Of a stretch of 64,000 nt of DNA, positions 29,637 through 39,877 are shown piece after piece (within the stretch, counting starts at the first letter, position 1; every line of letters starts with the position of its first letter). Under the pieces are notes generated by a model. That model saw nothing but the letters and a program-made list of their open reading frames with translations, did no database searches and had not been told where the DNA came from. The stretch is taken from NCBI GenBank assembly GCA_963776245.1, contig CAVZLN010000008.1:1-64000 (forward strand). The letters run 5' to 3'. This DNA comes from Candidatus Eiseniibacteriota bacterium. GTDB taxonomy: Bacteria; Eisenbacteria; RBG-16-71-46. Both the position numbers and the translations under genes were made by a program.

Positions 29637-30284
29637 TTACCGCATCGTGACGCTCTCCGACACGGTGAAGCTCATGACCGTACCGCCCTTCAACTCGACC
29701 TGGTACCCACTGGTCTTGGAGACGACGCCCGCGGCCGTCACGCCACCGATGAGGGCGCCGAGCGCGGTGTGGTTGTGATCTCCGACGTTGTTCCCGACGA
29801 TCGCGCCCGCCGCGGCGCCGCCGGCGATCACGCCGAGATTCCGCGCCCGGGTCGAACCCGCCACGATCTCGCCCGCATTCGCCGTCACCGCCTCATTGCG
29901 CCCATTCACCTGGATGCTGCGGACCGCGAGGTCGAGCATCGCCCGCGAGCCTCGCTGGGCCGGGACGGCGGCGGTGACGACACCCGTCACCTGACTGCCC
30001 GCAGCGATCACGCGGCCGTTCGTGCCGACGACATTCTCGGCAACCGTTCCGTACCAGGCATCACCCGAGCGAGCGGTCTTGGACGAGATGGTGCTGCCGA
30101 TCGCGACCTGGATCGTGCTGCCCGCCGAGAGTCTCGGACCCGAGGCGGCGCGGTAGAACGGGCGCGAATTCGCGCGGCGACCGTCGGCGGAAGCCTCGGA
30201 GACGCCGTCCTTGCATCCGTTGAGCGTTCCGAGCGTCGCGGCGAGCGCGAGCGTGACCAGCAATGTGGTGCGAAGGTTCCTCAT
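29637..30284 (-). CDS. Hypothetical lipoprotein with glycine zipper
   Basis: Lipobox LNGC; ISSKTARSGD..GTV..IAAGS.V.G.V; GAAAGAIVG. Confidence 0.75.
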   Translation of the reverse strand: MRNLRTTLLVTLALAATLGTLNGCKDGVSEASADGRRANSRPFYRAASGPRLSAGSTIQVAIGSTISSKTARSGDAWYGTVAENVVGTNGRVIAAGSQVTGVVTAAVPAQRGSRAMLDLAVRSIQVNGRNEAVTANAGEIVAGSTRARNLGVIAGGAAAGAIVGNNVGDHNHTALGALIGGVTAAGVVSKTSGYQVELKGGTVMSFTVSESVTMR

Positions 30285-30512
30285 GATGCGTTCCTCTTCC
30301 TGGTTGGGCCCGATGGATGGGGCCGGGTTTCCGCCCGTCACGACACGCGTTCGAAACCCGGCCGCGAGCCCGATGACGTCGTCCGATCGGCAGGACCGTC
30401 GCGACCTGGATGCCGGGGAAGCCGGCGGTGCCTCGCGTGGGGTCGTGGGCGTCCAGGAATCGCCTCGGCGTTCGTGGAGTGGGCCTACTGCCTTGTCGCA
30501 AGACTTGAGAGC

Positions 30513-30670
30513 GCACGAATGGTGCCACCTGCGCGGCGGACGGCCCCGGAGCCGCGAGGTCGCGCGGGGCGCACGACTTGCAGGCTCGTGACCCTTCGCC
30601 GGACCCGTCCGCCGGCCGACGCGGCGCCGGCGCGGAGAGTCGAAGCTTCAATCCCGGGCGTGAACTACAA
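30513..30670 (-). promoter_or_regulatory. Tandem activator sites plus sigma54 promoter
   Basis: TTGTAG (30670) and TTGAAG (30651) on minus strand; TGGCAC-CATTC-GTGC 30527-30513. Confidence 0.72.
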
Positions 30671-31081
30671 GGGCCGATTCCCGGGACGGCGACGGAACCC
30701 GGCGTCGAGGCTGAAGGGACCGGCGCCTCGCGCCGCGAAGCACAGGAAGACGAACGAGTAGAGCGCCGCCAGCTCGCCGTGATTCTGGATCGGCCAGGTG
30801 CCGTGCGGTTGATGCGCCGTGAAATAGGCGACCGCCATCTCCCCGCTCAGCAGGAAGGCCACCGGACGCGTGAACAGCCCCAGCCCGACCAGGATGCCGC
30901 CGGCGAATTCGAGGATCGCGGCGAATCCCATCGTCGAGGCCACCTGGAACGCGGCGCCCGGCGCGCCGCCCGCCCCGCCGAACCATCCGAACAGCTTCTG
31001 TCCGCCGTGCTGCATGAACATCCAGCCGATGGCCAACCTCGCCAGCAGGCACGCCAGATCCTGGATCCGCGTCAGGTTCAT
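30665..31081 (-). CDS. DoxX family membrane protein
   Basis: RLAIGWMFMQHGGQKLFGWFGG, LEFAGG, GLFTR..FLLSGEMAVAYF, GAGPFSLD. Confidence 0.92.
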   Translation of the reverse strand: MNLTRIQDLACLLARLAIGWMFMQHGGQKLFGWFGGAGGAPGAAFQVASTMGFAAILEFAGGILVGLGLFTRPVAFLLSGEMAVAYFTAHQPHGTWPIQNHGELAALYSFVFLCFAARGAGPFSLDAGFRRRPGNRPL

Positions 31082-31237
31082 TCGTTCGGCTCCTGTCCGC
31101 GCGGTCACGCCCGCTGTCGCGGACGCGCGCAAGGACGTCTCTCGATGGACGGACGCCTCGCTGCAGGACGCGCCCGCGGTGCCCGCGCGGGCGATGCGAC
31201 GCTCAAGCGCGCCGCATCGCCCCTCGCCGGGCGGGGA

Positions 31238-32698
31238 TCAGGGCTTGAGCTGACGCAGCACTTCCCGATTGAGCACCACGAACTCGACACGACGGTTCTG
31301 CGCCATGTTCTCGGGGCTCGTGTTCGGGACCAGCGGCTTGGACTCGCCGTAGCCCCTCGAGGTCATCTGCGACGCCTCGAGCTTCGGATAGTGCTCGAGC
31401 AGGTACGCGCGGACGGCAGCCGCGCGGCGCTTGCTCAGGCCGAGGTTGTACGCGTCGCTGCCGCGCCAGTCGCAGTGACCGCCGATCTCGATCTTCAGCT
31501 GCGGCCACTTGCTGAGCACTTCGCCGACGACGTTCAGGGTGGGACGGGACTCTTCGAGGATGACCGCCTTCGCCGTCTCGAAGTTCACGTTCTGCAGCCG
31601 GATCATGCCCGTGTCGAGCAATTCGATCTCGCGCTGCCTGACTTCGCTCAGCGGGCAGCCGTCGGCATCGACCCTGGCTCCCGCGGGGGTGTCGGCGCAC
31701 CGGTCGTGGCCATCGCACACACCGTCGTGGTCCGAATCCAGCGTGCAGCCCTGCGCGTCCACCGTGCACCCTGTCGGCGTGTCGGCGCACTGGTCCAGGC
31801 CGTCGCACACGCCGTCGCCATCCGAATCGACCGGGCAACCGCGCGCGTCCACCGTGCAGCCCTTCGGGGTGTTCGGACACTGGTCGATGCCGTTGAACAC
31901 GCCGTCGCCGTCGTCGTCCATCGGGCAACCCCGGCTGTCGACGGTGACCCCGCGCGGCGTGTCGGGACACTTGTCGTTGCCGTCGCACACTCCGTCACCG
32001 TCCGCGTCGCCGGGGCAGCCGCGCTCGTCCACGATGCACCCATGGGGCGTGCCGGGGCACTTGTCGCGGCCATCCGTGACGCCATCACCGTCGGTGTCCA
32101 TGGCCCTGCCGCCGAAGCCGATCATCAGGCCGGCACCCACCACGATGTTGTCGATGTGCGACTTCTCGTAGTGTTCCTTGGGCACCAACAGCAGGTTCCT
32201 GGCTTCCAGCCGGATGCCGATGGCGTCGGTGAATCGCACCTTGACGCCGGCCGCCGCCTCGAGCAGGCCGTCGCTCTTGTCGGTATTGAGCTGCGGGCGG
32301 AACTGCGAGAAGCCGCCGCCCACCGACACGAACGGGCCGAATACGTGCTGGCTCGCCGAGGCGAGCATGAGGTTCCCCGACAGATGGCCCCAGGTCTCGT
32401 TCTTGGCGTCGAACCGCTTGGCCTTCGTCAGGCCCCCGGCGAGATCGAGCCACAGGATGGAATGCAGTCGGGCACTGACGCGACCGCCGTAGTAGATGTC
32501 GTTGTCGAGCAGCGGACCGGGAGGACGCTGGGTGTCCTTGTCGACCTTCAACTCCCGGTCGAAGATCGTCCAGCCGCCGAAGGGCACCACCTCGAAGCGC
32601 TTCACCTCGTCGCCGACCGCCGCCCTCGCCTGGGGGCCGGCCAGCGTCGCAGCCAGTGCCAGTGCGCCGAGCATGAACCCGCGTCGAATCCGCATCAT
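31238..32698 (-). CDS. OmpA-family protein with 5 thrombospondin type-3 repeats (paralog of 16153-17424)
   Basis: Signal peptide; five DxD(G/H)DGV repeats; VNFETAKA, GGHCD, LSKRRA, NRRVEF. Confidence 0.93.
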   Translation of the reverse strand: MMRIRRGFMLGALALAATLAGPQARAAVGDEVKRFEVVPFGGWTIFDRELKVDKDTQRPPGPLLDNDIYYGGRVSARLHSILWLDLAGGLTKAKRFDAKNETWGHLSGNLMLASASQHVFGPFVSVGGGFSQFRPQLNTDKSDGLLEAAAGVKVRFTDAIGIRLEARNLLLVPKEHYEKSHIDNIVVGAGLMIGFGGRAMDTDGDGVTDGRDKCPGTPHGCIVDERGCPGDADGDGVCDGNDKCPDTPRGVTVDSRGCPMDDDGDGVFNGIDQCPNTPKGCTVDARGCPVDSDGDGVCDGLDQCADTPTGCTVDAQGCTLDSDHDGVCDGHDRCADTPAGARVDADGCPLSEVRQREIELLDTGMIRLQNVNFETAKAVILEESRPTLNVVGEVLSKWPQLKIEIGGHCDWRGSDAYNLGLSKRRAAAVRAYLLEHYPKLEASQMTSRGYGESKPLVPNTSPENMAQNRRVEFVVLNREVLRQLKP

Positions 32699-32845
32699 GT
32701 GTTCTCCGATCGAGAAGGGGGCACGGCTGGAACCGCGCGGCGATCCATGCGAATGCCGGAGAAGGCTCGATTCCTCCGCGCCGGGCGGCGATGCAGGTCG
32801 GTTCCGCTCCCTGGTTCCAGGACCGGAGCCGGACCTCGGGGACGC

Positions 32846-33072
32846 TGGCACGATTGACGCGAGAGGACACGTCTCGGCCCTCGTACTCCTGCGCGCCATC
32901 CCCGGGTGAACGCCAGATGCGTGCCACTCACCGTGGGAGCGCGGGCCGCGGTCTCAACTCCATTCCTGAATGTGTCCTGGAGCAGCGACTTCGCGCACGG
33001 AACGAGAAATATCGGACCACGGAGGTCCTTGAAAATCGTTCCGTCGAACGGAAGCTTTTTCAACCCGGTCCC
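32846..33072. promoter_or_regulatory. Two opposed sigma54-like promoters and an inverted activator dyad
   Basis: Plus TGGCAC-GATTG-ACGC 32846-32860; minus TGGCAC-GCATC-TGGC 32926-32912; dyad TTGAAAATCGTTCCGT-CGA-ACGGAAGCTTTTTCAA 33029-33063. Confidence 0.6.
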
Positions 33073-33102
33073 CTGCGCGCCGACGACATCGTCGCGCCCG
33101 CG

Positions 33103-34837
33103 ATGGGACCGATCGGAGGCACCTTGTCGAAGTCGTCCGGATCGCACCCCCCCCGCGCTCGCGCGTGGGATCGGCCGCGGTCGTCGTCGCGCCCGCAGCG
33201 GCCCCTGCGGACCGGCCTGATCCTGGTCGCGTGCGCCCTGACGGCGGTCGCCGGCGGCTGTGGCCGGTCCGCGGTGTCATCGCGGGCCGTCGACCAGCAA
33301 CTGCGAACGCGCGTGGCCGGGCTCGATGGCAAGCCCCCGCGCGTGCATGGCGAATCGCTCCTGCGATCCAGCGCGGTCGTCGCCTTCTATCGCGCGCGCG
33401 GCTTCAGCCCGGCCTGGTCCTCGCCGGGAGTGCCGGAGAAGGTCGTCGCGTCCATCCGCGGCATCGAGCGCGACGGCCTCACGGCCACCGACTACCACCT
33501 CGACACCCTGCAGGCGCTGATGCGGCGGCGCGAGAGCGCGCCCGCGGCGGGCCTGGAAGCGGACCTCGATCTGCTCCTGACCGACGCCATCGCGGGCCTG
33601 ATCGATCACGTCCGATATGGACGAGTCCGGCCGGTCTCGCTCGATCCCGGCTGGAACGTGAACCCGCGTGAAGGCGCTCCCCCGCTCGAGACGGAACTGG
33701 AGCGGATCGCGGCCGCGCCCTCGCCCCCGGAGGCGATCGAAGCCGCCCGGCCTCCGCACTTCATCTACCGGGGGCTGGTCGGCGCGCTCGCCCGGTTGAG
33801 GGAGATCCAGGCGCAGGGCGGCTGGCCCGTCATCCGCCGCCGGCAAGACCATCGCGCCCGGCGGGATCGACCCCCGCATCCCGGCGATCCGCTCACGCCT
33901 GGCGAAGAGCGGGGAGCTCACGGGACCCGCCGCGCGCGACTCGACGCGATATGACGACCGGCTGCGCAAGGCCGTCGAGTTGTTCCGCAGCCGGCATCGG
34001 CTCGACGCCGGCGGCACGCTGGATGCCGCCACGATCGAGGCGATGAACGTGAGCGTGAAGGTGCGCGTCGATCAGGTCCGCGCGAACCTCGAGCGTTCGC
34101 GCTGGGTGATCAACGGGCTCGAGGACGACTTCGTGCTGGTGAACCTTCCCGCCTACAAGGTGTACCTGATCCGTGGCGGAAAGAACGTCTGGGAGACCCG
34201 CTCCCAGATCGGCAAGGAGGTGCGCATGACGCCGACGTTTCGCGCGGACATGCGGACCGTGGTCTTCAATCCGGATTGGACGGTGCCGCCCACGATCCTC
34301 GCGGAGGACGTGCTCGATGGCATGCGGAAGGGCGAGAATCCGCTCGCTCGCAAGCATCTCGTGGTCCTGGATCAGGCCGGCCACGAGGTGAACCCGGCCT
34401 CCATCGACTGGAAGAGGGCCACGCCCGAGAACTTCCGCTACACGCTTCGCCAGCCTCCCGGCGAGGACAACGCGCTGGGCCAGGTGAAGTTCCTGTTCCC
34501 GAACCCGTTCTCGATCTACCTGCACGACACACCGCACCGGGAGTTGTTCGCGGCCGATCAGCGCACGTTCAGCTCGGGGTGCATCCGGATCGAGCATCCG
34601 CTCGAACTGGCGGAGCAGCTGCTCTCCGGGCAGGACGGCTGGACGCGCGAGCGGATCCAGCGGGTCGCGGCCACCGACGACATGCAGAACGTGGCGCTCG
34701 AGCACTCGCTGCCCGTGTTGATCGTGTACTGGACCGTGAGCGTCGGAGCGTCGGGTGAGATCCGGTACATGCGCGATGTCTACGATCTGGATCCGCCGCT
34801 GATCGCCGCGCTGAACGCTCCGTTGAGCCGGCATTGA
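33103..34837 (+). CDS. L,D-transpeptidase YcbB/LdtD family (frameshift ~33838; start uncertain)
   Basis: FYRARGFSPAW, DYH, VNLPAY, VVFNPDWTVP, LRQPPG..NALG.VKFLFPN..IYLHDTP, FSSGCIR. Confidence 0.9.
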
Positions 34838-34876
34838 GGTGCCGCGAGGCCGTCGGCTCCGCGCCGCCCGGGCGAG

Positions 34877-35071
34877 CTAGCCCCGTCCGACCCTGACGTT
34901 GGCGAGATTCCCGATCAGGCCGAACGCGCTCAGCAGCCAGAGCACGACGGCGACTACGACGACGATGTTGAGCAGCTTCTTGATCTTCCCGTCCATCGGG
35001 ATGTACGAGTTGACCAGCCACAACAACACCCCGACGACGATCAGGGTGACGACGACGTTGAGCAGTGGCAT
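34877..35071 (-). CDS. Thivi_2564-family small membrane protein
   Basis: LIVVGVLLWLVNSYIPMDGKIKKLLNIVVVVAVVLWLL; GGAGG RBS. Confidence 0.85.
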   Translation of the reverse strand: MPLLNVVVTLIVVGVLLWLVNSYIPMDGKIKKLLNIVVVVAVVLWLLSAFGLIGNLANVRVGRG

Positions 35072-35148
35072 CTGGACCTCCGATGGCATGCGTCCCGGCG
35101 ATCGACGGGATGGAAGCCGCCACGATGCCGGGACTCAGCGGTCGGAAC

Positions 35149-35163
35149 GCAGGAACCATGCCA
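35149..35163 (-). promoter_or_regulatory. sigma54 promoter
   Basis: TGGCAT-GGTTC-CTGC upstream of the Thivi_2564 gene. Confidence 0.6.
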
Positions 35164-35234
35164 CGCGGATCACCCGGCACTGACCCGATCACCGATACGG
35201 GGGCGGGCCACAGTCACTACGAAGGGGAGGCGGA

Positions 35235-36935
35235 TTGCGCATCGCGGCGATCGACATCGGCACCAACTCGATCCACATGGTGATCGCCCGCTCGACCGGA
35301 GCGGCGGGCTTCGAACTGGCGGATCGCGAGCGCGAGGTGGTGCAGATCGGACGCGGTTCGTTCGCGTCCGGGCGCCTGCAGGCCGCCGCGATGCGGCGTA
35401 CCCTCGAGGCGCTCAAGCGCTTCGTCGACCTGGCGCGCCGACGGCAGGTGGACCGGATCCTGTGCACCGCGACGGCGGCGGTGCGCGAGGCGCGCAACGG
35501 CGGCCAGTTCATCGACGCCGCTCGCGAGGTCTCGGGCATCACGCCCCGCGTCATCCCACCGGAAGAGGAAGGCCGCCTGATCTATCTCGCGGTCAAGGGC
35601 GCGCTCCGATTCGGCACCCAGCCCGCGCTGATCGTCGACATCGGCGGGGGCAGCGCGCAACTGGTGGTGGCGGACGGCGAGCGATTGATCGAATCCCGGA
35701 GCGCGCCACTCGGAGCGCTGCGCCTCACCGAACGACTGCTGCACCTCCGATCCACCCACGCGGCGCGACCTGGCGCGGCTGTGGCGCCACGTGCGCCACG
35801 TCTCGGCCGAGCCGCTCGCGGCGATCGCCGCGCTCGAGCCCGTCCGGGTCTACGGCTCTTCGGGCTCGATCCACGCGCTTGCCGAGCTCGCGCATCACGA
35901 AGAAACCGGACGTCCGCTCGCCCACCTCAATGGGCACGTCCTGCCCGCGTGCCTCGCTCGAACGCCTGCTCCGGAGATTGCAGCGCATGACGTCTCGCGG
36001 AACGCGAGAAGCTGCCGGGCCTCGATCCCCGGCGGGCCGAGATCATCGTGCCGGGCGCCGTCGTTCTCGCGCACATCCTGAAGACGCTCGAGGCCGACAG
36101 CATCACGATCTCGGACTTCGGCGTGCGCGAAGGACTGGTGATCGACTACCTGGCATCGCACGGCCGCGAGATCCACGCGCTCGGCGACATCGAGGACCTC
36201 CGGTTCCGCAGCGTGCTGCAGATGCTCCAGAAGTTCCAGCCCGAGGACCGCCACCTGCGTCATGCCCGGCACGTGGCGCGCCTCTCGCTGGTCCTGTTCG
36301 ACGCCCTGCGCAAGCGTCACGGCCTCGACCACGAGGCGCGCGATCTGCTTCACTTCGCGGCGCTGCTGCACGACGTCGGGGCGGTGGTGGACTACGACCG
36401 CCATGCGGTGCACTCGTCGTACCTGATCCGTAACGGCAAGCTGCGCGGCCTGTCCGCCGAGGAGGTCGGGATGATCGCGCTGGTGGCCCACTACCACGGC
36501 AAGGCGCGGCCGCGGAAGCGGGACGACACGCTCGACTCGCTGGACAAGCGCCGGCGTCGGACGGTGCGCTGGTTGTCGGCGATGCTCCGGATCGCCGAGG
36601 GACTCGACCGCAGCCACTACCAGCTGGTCCAGGATCTCGAGGTCGCTTCGGGACGCGGCCGGGTATCACTGCGACTCACCGTGCGCCGCGGGGCGGGACT
36701 CGAGCAATGGGCCGCCCGTCGCCGCACCGATCTGCTCGCGCGGCTGCTGGGTGCGCGCGTCGCGATCACGATCAAGCGCTCGACGGACGCGCCGGGCGCG
36801 GCCCGCAGGCGCCGGCCCGCCGGGACGGCGAAGCCGGCAGCGGCCAAGATGAGGATCCCGCGACTCGCGCCGCCGGCCCCCGCGCGGGGCACCGAGCGTA
36901 GGCGCAAGGCGCTCGTGTCACGGACGAGCGCGTGA
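35235..36935 (+). CDS. ppx: Ppx/GppA exopolyphosphatase with C-terminal HD domain (frameshifts ~35745-36000)
   Basis: AAIDIGTNS, TATAAVREA.N, EEEGRL, DIGGGS, GVREG, ALLHDVG, RIAEGLDRSH. Confidence 0.92.
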
Positions 36936-37845
36936 GGGCGCGGCGCGCGCGCGCGGGGACGGCGGGGCCGGAGCGTGATCGGGAGCGGCGGATCGAACTG
37001 CGTTCTGGAACTCGGCCATGCGCACGGCACGTTCGGCCTCGAGGTGTTCCAGCACCTCGAGCAGCCCGGGGAGGGCCGCGCGCAGGTCCGAGGGCTCGCG
37101 CCGCGCGATCGTGCGGACGACGCGCTCCCGCAGCACGCGCAGGTCCTGGATCCGCCCCAGGGCGTCCTGGATGGCCTTGAGCGCTTCGCGTCCCGGAGCC
37201 TGTTCCTCCGGCCTCACCGCCGCGAGGCGCTCGACCGAGTAGCGCCAGCGCTTGACCGCCACCCGGGCCGAGTGGAGGAGCGTCGTCCGTCGGGGCCGCC
37301 TGCGCTTCGCGCAGGGCCGCTTCCGCGCGCGCGCGGCGGACGCCGATCCGCGCTCCCGCCCGCTCGAGCCACGTGGCGGATGCACGCGGGGCGGCCATGG
37401 AGCCCGGCCAGGCCTGCTCGATCCGCCGCAGCAGGCGGGCGGTGTTCCCGCGCCCGCAGAGCCTCGCGGCACGCTCGTCCAGCCGCTCGATCCGGCCTTG
37501 CGCGCCCGCCATCACCTGCAGGGCGACGCCGCGGCCCTCGGGCGAGAGATGGGGCGCCCGCTCGTTCAGCAGAGCCAGGCTGGCGCGCGCCTCACGCGCT
37601 GGCCCCAGGGACCTTCGCAACTCGCGCAGGGCCCGGCGGGCCCGGCGCGCCGGGCGGCGTCGAAGCGTCCCGCGCCAGAGATCGAGCGCCGCCTCGAACT
37701 GTCTCGCCGCCACGCGGAGGTCGTGCACGGCATCCGCGTCCGCGCGGCGGCGCACGCGCCGGGCCGCCCCGGCCAGGCGCTCGAGCAGTCCCTCGCGGTC
37801 GGATTCGTGACGTGAAGCCGCGGCCGCGGTGCTCGCGAGGATCAG
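36918..37845 (-). CDS. CHAD-domain (polyphosphate-binding) protein (frameshift ~37280; start uncertain)
   Basis: AVHDLRVAAR, LHSARVAVKRWRY, QDALGRIQDL. Confidence 0.85.
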
Positions 37846-38564
37846 CGCTCCGCCGGCGGATGGGCCGACCGCCGCCCGGCCTGCAGCAGGTGGGAGACGT
37901 GCTGCGCACAGCTCCTCCGAGATGTCGTCGATGGAACGCGTCGCGTCGATGGTGTTGAACTGATACTCCTCGGCCAGCGCGTCGAGTTCTTCGATCACGC
38001 GCCGCTGGTAGTGGATGAACGACTCGTAGAGGTCCTCTCCCATCGGCAGGTCCATGCCCGATTCCCAGTAGTCGAAGCCCCCGGCCTGCAGCACGCGTGG
38101 CACCAGGCTCGGACACCTCGATGCGCAGGTAGTACACGGCGTCGGGCTTGAGCGAGAAGGAGAGCACCCGTTTGATCCAGTCGGGGTCGGCCTTGCGCAC
38201 GATCGCCCGCGCGACCAGCGAGTAGAGATAGCGATCCGTGAGGACGACGAACCCGGCCCGCAGCATCGGCACGATCCGGTTCTCGAGCTGGTCCGCGAAA
38301 TCCGTCGCGTAGAAGAGATTGAACGCCGTGGAGCCGAGCGTGTTGCCCTGCTTCGCGCGGCGGATCCCGCGGCTCGCGAGGTCGGAACGATTCAGCCCCA
38401 TCTCCGCGACCGCGTAGCCGAGCCGCTCGAGATGGGCGCGCAGCCGATCGACCACGGTCGTGCGACCCGACGCCGTCGGTGCCCTCGATCACGATGAGCC
38501 AGCCCGTGAGCTCGGTGGGGTCCACGCCCGGGATGGGGATGCCGTACGACTCAAACCCGTTCAT
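37842..38564 (-). CDS. Thymidylate-kinase-like protein 2 (frameshifts ~38465, ~38110, ~37905)
   Basis: IVIEGTDGVGRTT (after 1-nt correction), LFYATDFAD, VLTDRY, DYWESGMD. Confidence 0.82.
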
Positions 38565-39258
38565 ACGCGAGCGCCTCTCCTCCCGGCACGGGCAGGTGCG
38601 GCCGGATCGCCTCGCGCAGGAGCCGCTGCTGGATCTCCACGGGCTGCGTGGCGTCCATCACGACCAGGCCGAACTCCTGCACCAGCTTCTCGTATTCGAT
38701 CAGGATGCGGGACTGGAAGATCCGGTAGGACTCCTGGGGATCGGCGTGCAGCCCCAGGTCCATGCCGGCCTCGTACCACTTGAGCTTGGGGCGCCCCGAG
38801 AGGATGCGACGCAGCGCGGTCTCGAGCGGCACGCGGAAGTAGAAGGCCTTCGTCGGGGTCGCGGCGAATCGGTAGAGCGAGCGCAGCCATGAAGGCGAGA
38901 CGGCGCGCACGACGTCACGCGCGAACGCGGTATAGACGTAGCGGTCCGCCAGCACGATCGCGCCGGCCTTGAGCGAGGGGATGATCTCGCGCTCGATGCG
39001 ATCGGAGAAGTCGGTGGCGTGGATGAGCGAGAAGGTCAGCGGCGTGAGCAGCCGCCGCCGCTTGCCGCGCGACGTCGTGGCCTTGACGATCGCCGAGGAG
39101 TTCCACTCCGTGTACACGACCGGGTGGCCCTCGCTCTTGAGCCACTGGGCGAGCAGGGTGAGCTGCGTGCTCTTGCCCGACCCGTCGATGCCTTCGACGA
39201 TGAACAGACGGCCGGCGGGCGGATGCGGAATGTCACCGTAACTGCGCGAAAGGGTCAT
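38551..39258 (-). CDS. Thymidylate-kinase-like protein 1
   Basis: FIVEGIDGSGKST, TEWNSS, IHATDFSDR, VLADRY, WYEAGMD; ATGA overlap with sixA. Confidence 0.88.
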   Translation of the reverse strand: MTLSRSYGDIPHPPAGRLFIVEGIDGSGKSTQLTLLAQWLKSEGHPVVYTEWNSSAIVKATTSRGKRRRLLTPLTFSLIHATDFSDRIEREIIPSLKAGAIVLADRYVYTAFARDVVRAVSPSWLRSLYRFAATPTKAFYFRVPLETALRRILSGRPKLKWYEAGMDLGLHADPQESYRIFQSRILIEYEKLVQEFGLVVMDATQPVEIQQRLLREAIRPHLPVPGGEALAYERV

Positions 39259-39767
39259 GTGCGGAGCTTCCGGGTGAGGTACTGCTTCAGCAAGCGGGGT
39301 GGCATGAACCAGGACAGGCGGCCGGCGCCCTCGCGCGGCTCGGCCTCGAAGCGGATCTCGCACGCCCCCGCCTTCTTGAGCGCGATGCTCACCGGCGCGC
39401 CGAACAACAGCATGCCCGCGAGCGCGCCGAGATCGGGCTCGTGCCCGACCAGCAGCACGGTCCGATCCGACGTGTGGGCCGCGAGGAACCCGAGGATCCG
39501 GGCGTGGGATCCTCCGGGGCCCAGATCCTCGAGCTCTTCGATCAATTCGACGCCGAGCACGTGCGCCAGCACGCGCGCCGTCTGCCGCGCGCGCGCGAAC
39601 GGGCTGGTCCCGATGGTCCCGACATCCAGCCCGAGCGCCGACAGTCCGTTCGCGACCGCGCGCGTGAGCTGGGCGCCCTGCGACGTCAGGGGGCGCACGC
39701 TGTCGTCCGGCCAGCGCTCGGGATCGCGGCCACCGGCCGGGCCGTGGCGGAACAGGATGACGCGCAT
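39255..39767 (-). CDS. sixA: Phosphohistidine phosphatase SixA-like
   Basis: MRVILFRHG, RPLT, TSPFARARQTA, LVGHEP. Confidence 0.88.
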   Translation of the reverse strand: MRVILFRHGPAGGRDPERWPDDSVRPLTSQGAQLTRAVANGLSALGLDVGTIGTSPFARARQTARVLAHVLGVELIEELEDLGPGGSHARILGFLAAHTSDRTVLLVGHEPDLGALAGMLLFGAPVSIALKKAGACEIRFEAEPREGAGRLSWFMPPRLLKQYLTRKLRT

Positions 39768-39877
39768 CGGTGTGGGTCCCCGCGGTTCGACGGGCTGGCA
39801 GCCGGCTTGCATGGTCTTCGATGATATCGGGACACGAAGGCTCCACACCCACCCAACCGACGTGCCGCAGGCGCGGG

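Noticed and set aside
30567..30582. Plus-strand GG-N10-GC box (GGGCGCACGACTTGCA)
   Set aside because: Points only antisense into doxX, with no supported gene and no matching upstream motif
35700..38470. Frameshifts in ppx, CHAD and TMPK-like 2 (also in tnpA, 4590-6650, ~33838 and 57460-60200) as pseudogenes or programmed frameshifting
   Set aside because: They are clustered single-base indels, often in short homopolymer or GC runs, with intact motifs on both sides and no slippery-site pattern. This fits low-coverage long-read error; reads are needed to be sure
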